This document shows positions 45,001 through 58,700 of a DNA stretch of 64,000 bases, one piece after another. How positions within the stretch are numbered: the stretch's first letter is position 1; the number at the start of each line of letters is the position of its first letter. The notes under the pieces are model-generated. The model was given only the letters and a program-made list of their open reading frames with translations. It had not been told where the DNA came from and did no database searches. The stretch covers positions 132,527 to 196,526 of the forward strand of contig BCKQ01000015.1 of NCBI GenBank assembly GCA_001600695.1. Direction: 5' to 3'. This DNA is from Ascoidea asiatica JCM 7603. Taxonomy: Eukaryota; Fungi; Ascomycota. Both the position numbers and the translations under genes were made by a program.

Positions 45001-48000
45001 ATTGAATTTCTTGTAATTTCTATTTCTGTTTCATTTAAAAATATTGAAAGATGATTTAATTCTATTCTTGATAAAAAGTCAGCTGCACCATTATTAATTC
45101 CTTTTCTATAGATGATTTCACAATCGAATTCAGTTAAAGCATCGATCCATCTATTAATTCTTCCTTTTAATTGATTTTTTGGATTGAGTATTGATTTTAA
45201 ACTTTCATGATCTGTAATGATTTGAAATCTTTTGCCATCTAAGTAATGACGAAAAAACTTTAATGATTCGATAATTGCTAAAAACTCTTTTTCTCTAATT
45301 GGATAATTCTTTTCTGCATTTTTTAAAGTTCTTGAAAAATATTTTACTGGTACATATGAGGGTTTGATTTTCTTGATTTTTTCTGAATTTTCATTTGATA
45401 ATAGTTTTGAATTTAAATTTTTACTTTCTTCTAATTCTTCCAAAACTCCTGCTATTGCAATTTCACTTGCATCTGTTGATAATTTAAATGATGATGAAGG
45501 ATTTGGATTTCTTATAAATGGTGTTGATAAAATTTCTTGTTTTAATTGATTGCATGATGAAATAATTTGATTATCTAATGGAATTTTTTTATTGATTACT
45601 TTAATTAGTTGAGATGTTTTCTTTGCAAAATCTGGAATTAGATTTCTATAATAATTGATAAAACCATAGAAACTATGTAAATCTTTGATTGTATCTAATT
45701 TATAATTTTTTAATTTTTCATGATTTGAAGGTGCTATTGAATTATTTTTAATTTTAAATCCTAAAAAGGTTAATTCTTGAACAAAAAACTTTTATTTTTC
45801 TTTATTGATAAATAATTGATTTTCTTTTAATATATTGAAAACTTTTTGTAATAAAATTGAATGTGAATTTCAATCTGATGAATAAACTAGGATATCATCT
45901 AAATAAACGATTTCACCATTCAAATAAAGATGTTTAAAAATTGAATAAATGAATTTATGAAATGCTTAAGGTAAAGTTTTGATTCCAAATGGAGTTACTT
46001 TATAATTGTAATTTCCAAAGACAGTTGTAATTGTAGTTAATTTTTCACTTTCTTCTTTTAATCTTAATTGATTATAACCTGAAATTAAATCTATTGCTGA
46101 ATAAATTTTTGCATTGAATAAATTTTCTAATGAACTATCAATATAAGGTAATGGAAAAAGATAATTATTTTTGATAACTTTGTTTAATTTTCTATAATCT
46201 GCTACTAAACGATATTTTGATTTATCTTTTTTCCTTATTAAAAAAACTGGAGTTAAAAATTGAGATTCTCCTTCTTTTGCAATATAAATTTTTCCTTCAT
46301 TTAACAATTGATTAATTTGACTTTTTAATTCTTGTGTTTCGAAGTATGATAATTTATAAGGTCTTGCTAAAGTATTTTTTGGATTTGATTCTTCTCCTGG
46401 AAGAAGTTCTAATTTTATATCATAATCTTTTCTTTTTGGTGGTAAGAATGTTGAATCTTCAAATATTTCTTGATTATCTTTTAAAATTTGATGAATAAAT
46501 GATGAATTTTTAACTTCTTTCTCCTCTTCTTTGAGATTTGATGTGAATGTATAATTAACTTTGATAATTGATTGAATTTCTGATTTTTCTTTAATTTCTG
46601 AATTGGAAAGAGAATTAGGTGATTCTAATTCAATATGATTAAATTCTATTTGCGACGATGAATAATTTGATGAATTTGATGAATAATTTGAATTTTGAAT
46701 TGAATTTTGCAAATTTTGAGTTAAATTCTCTGAATTTTTTGAATTTTCGATTGAATTTTTTAAATTTTGAGATTTATAATTTGAATATGTTAAATTTTTT
46801 GAATTTAATTTTTCATTAACTATATGATTTTGAAAATCTACATTTTTATTGTTTAAAAAGGGAATACCTAAAACTAAATCATATTTTGTCATATCAATGA
46901 TGAATGATCTAATTTTTTCTACTTTCTGATTAACATATGAAATATTGAATGATGTTAAATTTGAAATTGGTTTATTTGAGTTTTGATCTAAAATTTCATT
47001 TGTAACTTTCACTGTAGATATTGGAGTTGTTTCTAAATTTAATAATTTTACTATATTTGATGAAATTAAATTTGATGTGCATCCTGAATCTATTAATGCT
47101 TTGATTTTTAAATTTGAATTATTGATTTTAAGTTCTAATATAAATAATGGTTTTATTGGTAAAAATGAGTTTTCTTCTTTTTTGATTTCTGTATGATTCC
47201 AATTAATTTCATTTGAATTATTATCTCTTTTTAAGGTATATTTTGGGAATTGGATTGAATTTGCTGAAATTGATTTTTCTTCTGTTTTTGATACTTCTGA
47301 GTGATCTATTTCAATTGGTTGATCTGAATTTGAGTTTGAATTATTGCAATTATTGTTATTATTATTATATTAATTGTAATTTCTATTGAAATTATTGTAA
47401 TTTCCTCTGTAGTTATTTCCTCTATAATTATTTCCTCTCTAATTATTATTATTGTAAAAATTGCCTCTATTGTTGTTTCTATTGTTATTGATGTAATTTC
47501 CTCAATTATTTGATGAACTATTACTATTATTATTATTATTTGAATTTCTGTTATTTTGATTATTTGCATTTCTATTATTTTGATTATTTGCATTTCTATT
47601 ATTAAAATTACGATTGTTATTAAAATGTCTATTATTGTTTAAATTTCTATTTTTTTTAAAATTTCTATTATTTCTTCCTTTATTATTAAAGTTACGATTA
47701 TTATAATTTGAATTTTTATTATACAATGCTGAATCATAATCTGATGCAATGATCATTAATTCTGAAATACTTTTTGAATCTAATGAAGTAGTTGTTTTAA
47801 TATATAATTGAACTTGATCTTTCAATGAATAAAAATATTAATATGTTACTGATGATTCTTGTTGGAGATATTCTGGAAGTCTTCTAACTAATTTTTGGAA
47901 TTCTTGATTGAATGAATAAATTGAATTGATTTGTTTTAAATCATAGTATCTTCTAATTAATGTTTCTTTATATCCTGGAGGTGTGAATTGACTTTTAAAT

Positions 48001-49186
48001 AATTCTTTAATTTCTGGCCATGAATAGAACTTTAAAGTTAAAGTATTATACCAAATAAGTGCTAAATGTTTTAAATAAAATTTCATATTTGTAATTCTTT
48101 CAGTTTCTGGGATAGAATATAAATTACAAATTTCTTCATAATTTCTAACCGTGAAATCGCTTTATCAGCCATAATATCTGGATGATAGGTACTAGGTGAT
48201 GGTCTAAATGAATCTGGTGATGGACGTTTTAATCCTTTATAGGGAGTACTAGTTGCTAATGCTAAATGTTTAACAATTGATGTTAATTCTGATATTTCTG
48301 TTTTATTATTTTCTTTAACTGTATTTAGTTGTTTTTGAGTTAATTCATGCTCTAATAAAATGATCTTGTCTTGTTGTTGTTGATACATTTGTGTTATTCT
48401 GGACATTTGTTCAGATAAACTTTCTCGATTTTCTGGGTTATACATTTTTATTTTTAAAATGATAATGTGTTTTTAATTTTATGTTTTATTTTTAATTTAA
48501 ATTGTTTTGTGATATTTATAAATTTGTAATTTCAATGTTCAAAATTTTAGTTATTTTATAATGTGATAATTTATGATTTTAAATCGCGAATATTAAATTT
48601 TTAAATTTTAACGTTTATTTCTTTAATTTTAGTATTTAATCTCTAAATTCTAATTTTTAATATTTAATGTTTTATTTCTGAATTTTGTTGTGAGTTTTTA
48701 ATTTCTAGTTTCTAATTTCTAATTTCTAAGTTCTAGTTCTTAACTGCTAATTTCTTATTGCTAATTTCTAATTTCTAATTTCTAATTTCTATTTGTTTGA
48801 TATTAATATATGACTTTCGTTATGCTAAACAATTTTCTAATTTTCTAAAAATATTTTTCTAATATTTTTGTTCTTCATTGTTTATAAATTTCTAATTAAA
48901 TTTTGTAAAATTTTTCTTTTTATTTTAATGAATATTTGAGGTCTTGAGTTTTTTTGAATGCTATTTTTGAGCTGCGGCGCTACCAAGCGTAATGGATAGG
49001 TCTATCTAAATGATATTTAATATTGTAAAAGTATTTATTGAAGCTATATACATCGAATTGCTTAATTCTTAGAATTAACATTAATTCTAATAATTAAGGG
49101 ATTACTGATTTATATAAATGGGATAAATCCTAAGAATTGATTGGTAATTACACCTAATGCGGATTGACTAATTAGTGTTCATTACA
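42087..49186 (-). mobile_element. Degenerate full-length Ty3/gypsy LTR retrotransposon
   Basis: 199-bp LTRs at 42087-42285 and 48988-49186 (about 86% identical by eye). PBS TGGTAGCGCCGC (tRNA-iMet) at 48974-48985; PPT GAAGAGAAGGATGG next to the 3' LTR. gag; PR (LIDSGCTSN); RT (RLVADYRKLN, YLDDILV); RH (YFSRTL..AEKNY); IN (HPGTDG, GPF). Many stops and frameshifts. Confidence 0.95.
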
Positions 49187-51602
49187 TATTAGCCACCTGC
49201 TTGGGCAAAAATTACACAATTTACAAGACCTTCAGAAACAACACAAAAGGACCAACATATCGTTTTTTGTTTTTTTTCTATTTGTTTTTAAGTTATTTTT
49301 TAATTAACTTCATAACAATTTATTTTTGATTGACTAATTTTATTTGAATTATTCACTTATTTGCTCAATTAAAAACGTAACATTGATTATTTTCATTAAT
49401 TATTTTAGTAATTGTTTTTTTTTGATTTAAAACTTCGTGCATTCATTTCAAATATTGCTTTTTTAAAATTTGAAGTTTTTTTAGTCTGTTTAATTTTTGT
49501 AGTTAATTTGAGTAAATGAATGAAGATTATCAAAACAAGTAAGATGCTGCTGATAATATTCTTGATTTCCAAATTATTTCTGGTGCAAGTGATATCTTTT
49601 CTGAAATTAAGGCCGCTGTGCCGCTGCTAAACGAGGCTACTGCAGGTGATGCGTTGGGAGTTGGAATCTGTCAGCGTCGGCCACAGTTTGTCAAGCCACC
49701 GTCCTGGAGCGGCGGCTGCTGTTTACCAAAAAACTCCTTTCAACATTTTTTCCCTTATTTTCCTTGGCAGTTAATTTCAGGAATTACTGAAAATACAAAT
49801 AAAAATCTCTAAGTCAATGTTTCTAAGTATAGGTGCCCACTGTTTACCGTGGTAAAAATTAATAAATTTCTTGCCACTGTAATTTCCTTCGAAAGTGATA
49901 AAAACAGTTGATCAAGAGAATTTCTATATTGGGAAAAATAACTATCGGAAAAGAAAAAGGAAAAATACTGTTTCCGGTGCATCGTGTGAGATTGTTCACT
50001 TGAAAGCCAGTATAGCGAAAGAGCCTCAACCATCTGAACGACAAGACACCTGAATTACACTACTTGACGGGGAACACATCGTTAAAAGCATTACAGATGC
50101 CGCATCCTTTTCAGCCGGTTTTTTGAAAACCATGTCGATGTTAGAAATCGAATCTGATTCCCATTAAACTGTAGTAGACTCCGTGGTACAAGATTTGGAT
50201 CAAGAGCAGGAACAGAAGCCGCTTCAGATTGAGTCCAGGTTTGTGGTAGAACAGGCCCTTATGCCTAACAGGACATCTGAAAGCCTTGAAGATTTGCTAC
50301 GAACTTCACTATCAGCTACTTGCTTCTTTCAACTAAAGCGATAATTCCACGTGTCTTACCAGCTCGGCGTGGCAGAAAACAAACAACTTGTACCTTGGGA
50401 AAAGGTGCAAAACGTTGCAGATCAAATCTGCAAGCTGAGCAAATACCTTTCGAATCAGGCAGCTCATGTTGCTATTGATGAAATGATGGTAAAGTTTAAG
50501 GGGCGGTCCGGGGAAACCAAAAATTTCCCGAACAAATCCATAAAATTGGGGTAAAAAATTATTTCGTTGGCGGATCACTGGTACACCATGGATATGGTTT
50601 TGAGCTCTAGAGCAAAGGGCAATATTGGAGTTGTACCGGTTGCTGGTTACACGCCCACTGAGGCGGCAGTTCTTTATTTGGGCAAGTCGGTGGCTAATCT
50701 GGAAATTTCCGTACTTTTCCTTGATAACTTTTTTACATCCGTGAAGTTATTTGTTGAATTACTTAAAGATTTTCGCTACAAGCAACCGGAACCAATAGAC
50801 CAAAGTCCGGATTTCCAAAGGACTTATCAGAGCTCCGGAATAATAAAAAAGCCTTGGCATGGAAAGAGTTACTTTACACCGTCGTGGATCAAGTGGGCCG
50901 TGTTGCCTACTCTGACAAATCCGTGGTGTTAGGACTAACCACTTAGGCGGATCTTATTAAACTTATGAGGGTTCCACTCAGATACAAACCTAATTCAACG
51001 GGGAAATACTACCACCGTGACCAAATTGATAAATTTTATGGTGGTGTTTACACAGCGGATATTCCAATTCCGGTAGTAATTAATCAGTACAATCAGCTGG
51101 TAAATGGCGTTGTGAACCTGGGTAGACAACACTAACGAAACATTGGGTTTTTAAGTTTTGTAGCAAATTGTAAATGAATAGATAAATAAAAAGTAATAGT
51201 AATAAATAAATATTAATAAATGAAAACTAATTAATAATAAGTAATAAGTAATAAGTAAAATTATTTGTAGATGTGACTGACTTATTTCAAAAGATAATGT
51301 TACTTTAATGGGTAAAAACTGGGTGATTAAAGTAAATCGATAAGCAATAAAATAGGTAGAGGCCAAGAAGGTTTTATACTGAAATATTTGAATGACAAAA
51401 AAATTAAAATAAAACTGAACATTGAAAGACATTAAGTGAACGTTACCGACATATTTAATAAGCAGACTTTGTTGGGTTGGTGGGTAAGAAATATAAATAA
51501 TTGCATATGGTGACTGCAAGAATGTAACTATTACTGGACCAGTGATTGGCTCGTGCAAACATACAACCTTGTTTGCCACGTTTTGATTGTAGAATGGGAA
51601 AA

Positions 51603-51665
51603 CTTTACCACTTTTTTGATTGTAGTTACCACTTTTTGATTTGAGTTACCACTTTTTTGATTTTA
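51603..51665. repeat. 3x ~21-bp tandem repeat (TTACCACTTTTTTGATT)
   Basis: Directly visible; lies inside the insertion that splits the piggyBac relic. Confidence 0.85.
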
Positions 51666-51980
51666 GTATTTTAATATCGATTATTCAAAGAGATCGGTAA
51701 AGTGAACTCGGTAAAAAATGTAATTATAAAGGATGCTTAGTAATATTAGGTAATTGCGTTTTTGAAGTCGCTGATAGAAAAATTATACAAAACAATTTAA
51801 ATAAGGATAGTAATATTGATGTAATAAAAATATTAATATAAGTTTATGGAATTGATGATGCGACCAGGATGCTGGTGATGAATATAAAATGGAATACGAA
51901 AAAAATGAATTGATTTCTGCTGGAAGGTGTCTACCTCCTTACAGCGTGGATATCGCGGACCAATGCCGCGCCTTAGCCTC

Positions 51981-52475
51981 TGATTTTTAATCATTTTATT
52001 CTTTTATTAGAATTGTGGTCGAATATTCTAGCCTATTCTTAGAGTTTCTCATATTTACTTGATTGTTCTACGACTACATTCTATCGCGTTCTCAGAACTT
52101 CCGTGTGCATGTTAAATGTACTAGAACGTCCTGGGTCTGCATTGTTTATTCTTTCTTCAAAGTTCCGTGTGCATCTCGAATGTACTGGAATCTTCTTATT
52201 TGTTCTTAGAATGACGTAATGTCTGCTAGAACAGAACTTTATTCTATTCCTTTTCGTAAGTATGATAAGTGAACTTTTACATATTAAAATTACAACTTTC
52301 TTCTTAAGACGGGTTACCCGCTCCTATTTTCCACTAATATAAATAGGTCACTTACCTCCCATATTTTTTATATAATTTTCATATAATTTATATGTTAATT
52401 AACAATTGTTTATAATTTGAATTACATATCTTCTTAGTAATAATTAGATATTTCGTTCGAACGACAATCAACTAC
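51981..52475 (+). mobile_element. Second (partial) copy of the 41031-41707 LTR-like repeat
   Basis: Colinear high similarity to 41209-41705, including GGGTTACCCG and TATAAATA. Confidence 0.8.
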
Positions 52476-53089
52476 CTGCATTATCAGTGCAGACGGAATT
52501 GATTTTGCTTTTTCTTTTTTTAGTGGATGCTGCTGTAATTAATTCAAAACTTTTGTTCCAATCGGTTTCGGGGAAAAAAACCGACTCTCCGAGATTTCCG
52601 AAAAACGCTTGTTCAGGGAAGTTTAAAGTCGGTAGATCCTGTGACCATATTTTTGGGTAATATTCGCGTTGATCTCATTGATCATTAGAAAGTAGGAAAG
52701 CAGCCCAACGCCAGATCTGGCTTGTGCAAGGCTAATTACTTACTGGCACGTACGCCTATTCGTGGGGCACAGTCTACAAGAAGTAGATGTGTTGAATGTA
52801 ATCAGCCCTTTTCTGGCGAATGCTTTAATGACATGCATGCTGCTCTTTAGTAATGAGTTACATAGTCAATTGTTAATAAATACTTTTTTTCGTTAAGTTT
52901 ATGTTTGCTAGCCCTGACTGAAGCGGGATTTTGTAATATACATTTGTCATGTGGCACTTCAACAGGCTGCGCCTATTTTAAGGTTTCGATTCTCACAGAC
53001 AGAATTTTTGGCGGACCAAATTTCACGGTTTAGGAGATACAACAAAAAGAAATTTACAAACAAAACAATTAATATTTACTTTATTGTTA

Positions 53090-54900
53090 GTTACCAAACG
53101 AGTGATACAGAAACAGTTGTACCTCCTATGGGGATGGTGTTTAATAATAAAAATGATATAAAAGCCTATTTAAAGAGGATTCAAAAACTAAAGCTATTGG
53201 ACTTCATTTATTAAAGAACAAGACTGTAATTGAATAGTTCACCCCTGCAAACAGTACAGTAATACAACTTCCAAAATTTAAAATGAAAGAAACACAACTA
53301 CCCAGAACCTTGGGTGCTGCTTCAAAATTAACAATAATAATTTATCTAAATTGACAACATGGAAAATAACATCTATTACCGCTGTGCATTCAAATCACCA
53401 AAGCATAGGTTCAGCTTTGGCAAAGCGGCTGACCACGAACAATACCCCAAGGAAAGTGGCACTCCGTAAATATAAATGACCATTAGACAAACAACAATAT
53501 CAAATCCTACATCTATTAGAAAAGGGCAAATGGAAAGCAGAGTTATATTTAACGATAACATAAATACACTTTATCGACTTAACACCTAGACTTAAAATCC
53601 ACTTTAAAGTTACTATGGTGAGATAGTGCCAAGGATAACAAAAAACATCTAACGTACACGTCAATGGTAGAGGCAAAATAGTCACAAATGTTATTTGAAT
53701 TTTCACGAATGCACACACTGTTGCCTATTTAAGTTTATTTTTCACATGTTATGCGTGTTTTGATAGTACATATACTGTAAACAGCCAACACTTCGAGATA
53801 TTCCTTGTTGTCATAGGCCATTGTTATGCTAACATAATGCCAATTGGCTCAGGCGTAACCCAACAAAGAAAGTATATTAACTATAAACAATCAGCTGTGT
53901 TCTCAATTGTTTTATCAGACAGAACGTAAACGATTCTCACAAAAAAAAAAAAAGTAAGTTCTATAAATAGTGATGCATCAATATTACAAACGTTGTCACA
54001 AGTTTATCCCCACCTTTTGTCTTACGTTTTTGTTTTCCATATTAGAAATAACATCAAATGATTGGTATAAGTATTGTTCAAGTCATCAACAGCACAGTGA
54101 TTTTAAATTATTGGTCAAAACTTTTTTTCAAATATCCAACTTAGTAGATTTAGAAAATTATCTAAGCCAACTACTCGTGTTTTAGCAATCCGAAAATACA
54201 CCTATAATTGATGAAACTTATAAGATTTTACATATTTCGACAGAAGAAATATAATTTTGAATTGCTTTCGAACGGGCATATATCACTTCAACATTGCATT
54301 CCTGCTGGAGGGTCGCAAGCTTCCACAATTCTTTAAACAGATACATTGGATTGGCGTTACTAACATTTAGTGAGATGATGGTCAGATACATAAATGTGGT
54401 GCATAATCATTTTTCCAGTCAGGAAAAAACATTGGAAGAAAATCCAAATAAAATGGTAACTAATAGAAGATTTGCTGTTTTTCTTGGACCCGCGAGAAAT
54501 ACACTTAGTTGTAGATGTCAACAACGTTTTTTAACAGAATTCCCAAAAGCTATGGATCATTTGAAATCTGCTACTTATATTTCTAAATTTTGTTATAATG
54601 GCAAGGGAAAAAATTGTTGGTTGATTCCATGTTGTCATGAAATAGCAATATTATTAGAGAACGATTCCATGTTTGATCCTAATATGTACCATAAACAAGA
54701 TCATGCTAACAGAAGTTACCAAGACCTTAAAGAAAAAAACGACCTATTATAATTCGTTGACCCACAGTTCCAACCTGTCCCAGAACTATTTAGTCAAAGA
54801 GAATCTAGAAACATAAGAATCCCTTTGGCATCCGAGAGAGCAATGCTTGGCAGATATCAACAAGCAAAAGCACAAGCGGTCTTAGACTTTGAAACTGACA
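53090..54900 (+). mobile_element. Mutator-like (MULE/FAR1-type) transposase relic
   Basis: PPMGMVFNNKNDIKAYL (FAR1/MuDR N-terminus); VFDSTYTVN (MULE DDE first Asp); RVASFHNSLNRY (ESxH-like); WLIPCCHEI (SWIM-like). Many stops. Confidence 0.75.
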
Positions 54901-55319
54901 AGGAACAGTATCAAGTATAAGTTATTCATCAATGTAATAAGATTAAATTTTTAAATTAATATCATTTTTTTAGGTTTAATCAATTTTAAATACATCTTAT
55001 GTCCTGACATTATTGAAGGTGAAATTGGTTCTGCAGGTTTTTGGCAATAATTTTGAAATATTTTCATTTTTAAAATTTATTGCGAATTTTGGTAATCTGT
55101 CACAAATTGAATGTAAATATTTTTTTTTTAATTTCTCCAAGTATTTGTCTTTTAATTTCATTTAAAATGCTTTCGTTTTCTAGAAATAATTCATTCTCAA
55201 CTACTTTACTTATTTTTTTGGTTTTTAACTATCTCCAATTTGTTTAATTCCTGCAATTCTTTCTTACGTTTATTAGATAAATTTTTTTTAATTCTTTTAA
55301 TAATTAATAAATATTTTTA

Positions 55320-56290
55320 GAGTAACAGGAGCTTTAAATTATTTGATTCACATTATAGTTAAGTTAGAAACAAGTGGTATTTCACTTGAAAGGGTTATTG
55401 AATATTGTAAATCACAAATACTAGCCCCATATAAAACTAAAAATAATAATCATAAAAAGATTGGCCATCAAAAGGAGAAATAGAAATTTGAAAAATATTC
55501 TACAGAATAAAGAGAAGATTTAGATTCTTTGTTCAATGGTATTAGTGGTGATAGAAAACCATTAGAAAAAAATTGAATTCTTTGTAGAACAGCCGCTGGA
55601 TAATCTACTTTAAGTTTAGCAATATTTAAAATTATTGAAGCAACAAAAGGAAAAATTATTATTGATGATATAGATATTGGTAATATTGGTCTCTATAATT
55701 TAAGAAGTAAATTAAATATGACACCACATAATAGTAAATCTTTTGAAGATACAATTGGAGTAAATTTAGATCCATTAAAACAATATACAGATGATAAATA
55801 CGGGAAGCATTAGGACTAGGACATTTAAAGGATCATGCTAATAAAATAGGTGTTACAGCAATAGCAGATTCAGAGACTAATGATTTAGAAAATAATTCAA
55901 ATTATAATAAAACTAATGATGGTACCAATGATGCTCATGATGAAATTATATTTGGAACTAGATTAATGGCAAAGGTTACAGATAATGGTAAACTTTTATC
56001 AGTTGTACAAAAACAATTATTATGTTTAGCAACAGCATTATTATCACGATCAAGAGTCTTAGTTTTAGTTGACACAACAGCAGCAGTTCATGTTCAAACA
56101 GATACAATTGTTCAAGAAAGAATAAGAAGCCAATTTAAAAACAAAACAATTTTAACAGTTGTACTTTGATTAAATGCAGTTGTTGAGAATGATGGAATTA
56201 AGGTTTTAGATCATGAAATTAAAAAAATATTCGATACACTTGGCAACTTATTATCGGATGAACATAGTTTATTTAAAGAAAGTAATCATG
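55320..56290 (+). pseudogene. ABCC (Ycf1/Bpt1-like) transporter C-terminal NBD2 fragment
   Basis: ISLERVIEY, WPSKGEIE, degenerate Walker A CRTAAG*STL, IGLYNLRSKL, NLDP, LSVVQKQLLCLATALL, TAAVHVQTD, FKNKTILTV; multiple stops. Confidence 0.9.
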
Positions 56291-56631
56291 AAAACTCTAA
56301 TAGTAGTTATATAAATAGATATAAATAGCTCTGCTATGTTTCTTTTTTGTTTTTATACACTGTTATATTATTATATGCAAGTGTTAATTATACAGCCTAT
56401 AAATAATTAAGATAACCTTAATTTACTTTGTTTAATTTTTTGATTGTGATTTAGAATTTGAATTAGAATTTGAATTGTGTTGATCATGAATAACTTTAGA
56501 ATTTTTTTATAACCATTTTGGAATATTTTATAATAAATTAATAATTCTCACTTCCACTAAATTTAGTTTTACTCTCTGCCAATCTTACGAATATTAAAGA
56601 AGATTTACCAGCATAGTGGCGTTGCAGTAAT

Positions 56632-56762
56632 CTGGAATCCAGTGGGACGGTAGGAAAAACTACTTTGCTCTTAATGTGAAATAACATGACTAGTTTTTCT
56701 TATTATAGAAACTGGTGTTACGTAGATAAACCACGGTGCCTTCTAGACAATCGACCGGTGTT
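56632..56762 (-). repeat. Inverted copy of 41075-41203
   Basis: aacaccggtcgattgt...ccgtggtttatctacgtaacaccagtttc...ccgtcccactggattcc is shared in reverse orientation. Confidence 0.9.
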
Positions 56763-58099
56763 TCCTAAGTTACCTCGATAAATTATACTTAATTGGTGTT
56801 TTTGTTGGAAATAATTTTCTAAGTTTTTGAATTATTTACATTATCTTTAAAATACTTTCTATTATGTTACATATGAAAATTAGTATGCTAGAATCAAAGT
56901 TTGGAGTCCTTCTCACGGGGTAACCACATTTGGCACCCTTTTCCATTGTTTGCCACCCTTTTCAACGGAAGACAGTCATATTCGGTCGGCACCGGAAAAT
57001 AACGCCGAATACAATTACTGTTTTTTCCATATTTCTAAGAAATACTAGACATTATTTTTCATATAAATTTCTTGTAAAGTTAGAGGTTCCATCCAATACT
57101 TTTAACAATTTAAGTAAAACTGCAATCATCAAAAATGGAGGGAGAGAACAATACTAAAAGGCAAAACATCCGTCTGGCACTGGTCCCTAAACCTCAGAAC
57201 TATATCAAAAATTGTTATTTTTGGTAACTTAATTCCATATTGCAAAACAACTTTTGTATGTTTTGAAATAAAGAAGTAAGTTACCATAAGGTAGCATCCA
57301 ATTTTGACAAACATTTGAAGTACAGAATTTAAATCCAGAAAAGCTTATATTAGTGCTAAAAAAATTCAACCGTCTTATTTCCAGACTACAATTAATTTTA
57401 GATTATTTGAATAATCTGAAATTACACAAAACAAGTTTAGTGTTTTCTCAATGAATATGGTGATCACCCTGTTCACTAAAATATGAACAATTTGTTTTGC
57501 ATTAGAAGCAAACCTACCTTAATTCTTCTGTAAAACACACAAGTGCTTGAAGACCGACGGGTAACGCTGCACAAATAAGTAGTAGCAGATGGGTTTAGCA
57601 AAACCTGAAAGTGGAGCCATAGTATATTATAGATTGAATATTTAGGGGACTGTTACAAAGAGTGTTTAATGTCACTGTTAACTGCCAAATGGTTATCGGA
57701 AGTGGTACCAGTTATTTTGGAAACTAACTCCATACCCGTTATTTAAATTGGAAAAATATCCTTCAAACGCTTATGTTACCAAGAACAAGGACTTAGATGG
57801 CAGAGGGAAACCGAAGTCAAATTTAAGTTTATTTGGGACTGACAATGACTATAGACGCTATATCAATTCACCTTTTGCTTGAGTAGCACAACACAGTGCA
57901 TGAACGTCTGGCACCTTGGGTAAAGAACCTTAAACGTGTTAGGAGCGTTTAAAGTGAAACTCTAGTTGGGTACCATTTCCAGCGCATTTGATCGGTTTAA
58001 TAGTTTAGCGGTCTTTAAAGGGGTGGCAGGCAAACAATCGAAAAAGGTGATCAACAAACTTTTGGGTTAGAAATTGGTCTCGAACCTTTTGGTGAAATA

Positions 58100-58700
58100 T
58101 TTTAAAAAACTATTATTGAAAAAGTTAAACAATTAGCTCAAAGCCCAAAACAGACAATAAATATTTTGTTTAAGATATATGGTATGACCAGGGTATACGC
58201 AAAGCAACATTTTCGTCTATTCATGCAAGAAGATGGAACAGTTGCTATAACAGGATGAAAGAGTGTGTTCAGATGCAAAAAGGTATTATAAAACTTCATC
58301 AAATCGAAGGTGCTAGTACTATTGCAACTTGTCAATACAAATGTATATTGCCAAATGCAGAATCAGCTATTCACAAGATTGAATTTATTACTAAGATTTT
58401 AAAAGTATTTAAAGATATTACAACCGCGTTTAGTAACGAGAGAATAATTAACATATTCCATTATCATAGATTTTGTATGGAAATTGCTATGCATATTTAA
58501 AGCTGGTGTGCAAAACTCAGAACTTTTAATTCCCCTATACACTTGTGAAAAGTGGGTATCAGTACGTTTTGAAGCTGTGATCGAATATAAAAAATATTTT
58601 GAGAAAACTAATCTGATAAACAATATAGTCCTTGCGTCTCCATTATCCACATCCCATAAATTTCTAAAACCAAATCAGGTAGTAACAGACTAGTCAATTG
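58100..58700 (+). mobile_element. Possible hAT transposase relic
   Basis: ILKVFKDITTAFSNE resembles the hAT L.PF...T..LS helix, and IVLASPLSTSHK resembles ATxLDPRFK. The match is weak. Confidence 0.3.

Larger units (their letters stand above)
49620..52850 (+). mobile_element. piggyBac-like (DDE_Tnp_1_7) transposase relic, interrupted by an insertion at 51111-52475
   Basis: FQHFFPYF...ITENTN; FQLKR*FHVS...WEKV; VAIDEMMVKFKGR...PNKSIKLG; FLDNFFTSVKLF; YNQLVNGV | RRN*FCFFFFLVDAAVINS; C-terminal Cys cluster (RCVECNQP). Confidence 0.88.

Noticed and set aside
41209-52475. The two ~490-bp direct repeats as paired LTRs of one 11-kb element
   Set aside because: The second copy lies inside the piggyBac ORF, there is no PBS, PPT or TSD, and the interior is explained by other elements.
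28546-52520. TGA at expected Trp positions (LRR relic, piggyBac) suggesting TGA=Trp recoding
   Set aside because: Intact genes use TGG for Trp and several end in TGA (2112, 6117, 27979, 40915). These are decay mutations in pseudogenes.
49190-52956. piggyBac TIRs (GCCACCTG / CATGTGGC)
   Set aside because: Only a 7/8 match and no TTAA target sites; cannot be supported.
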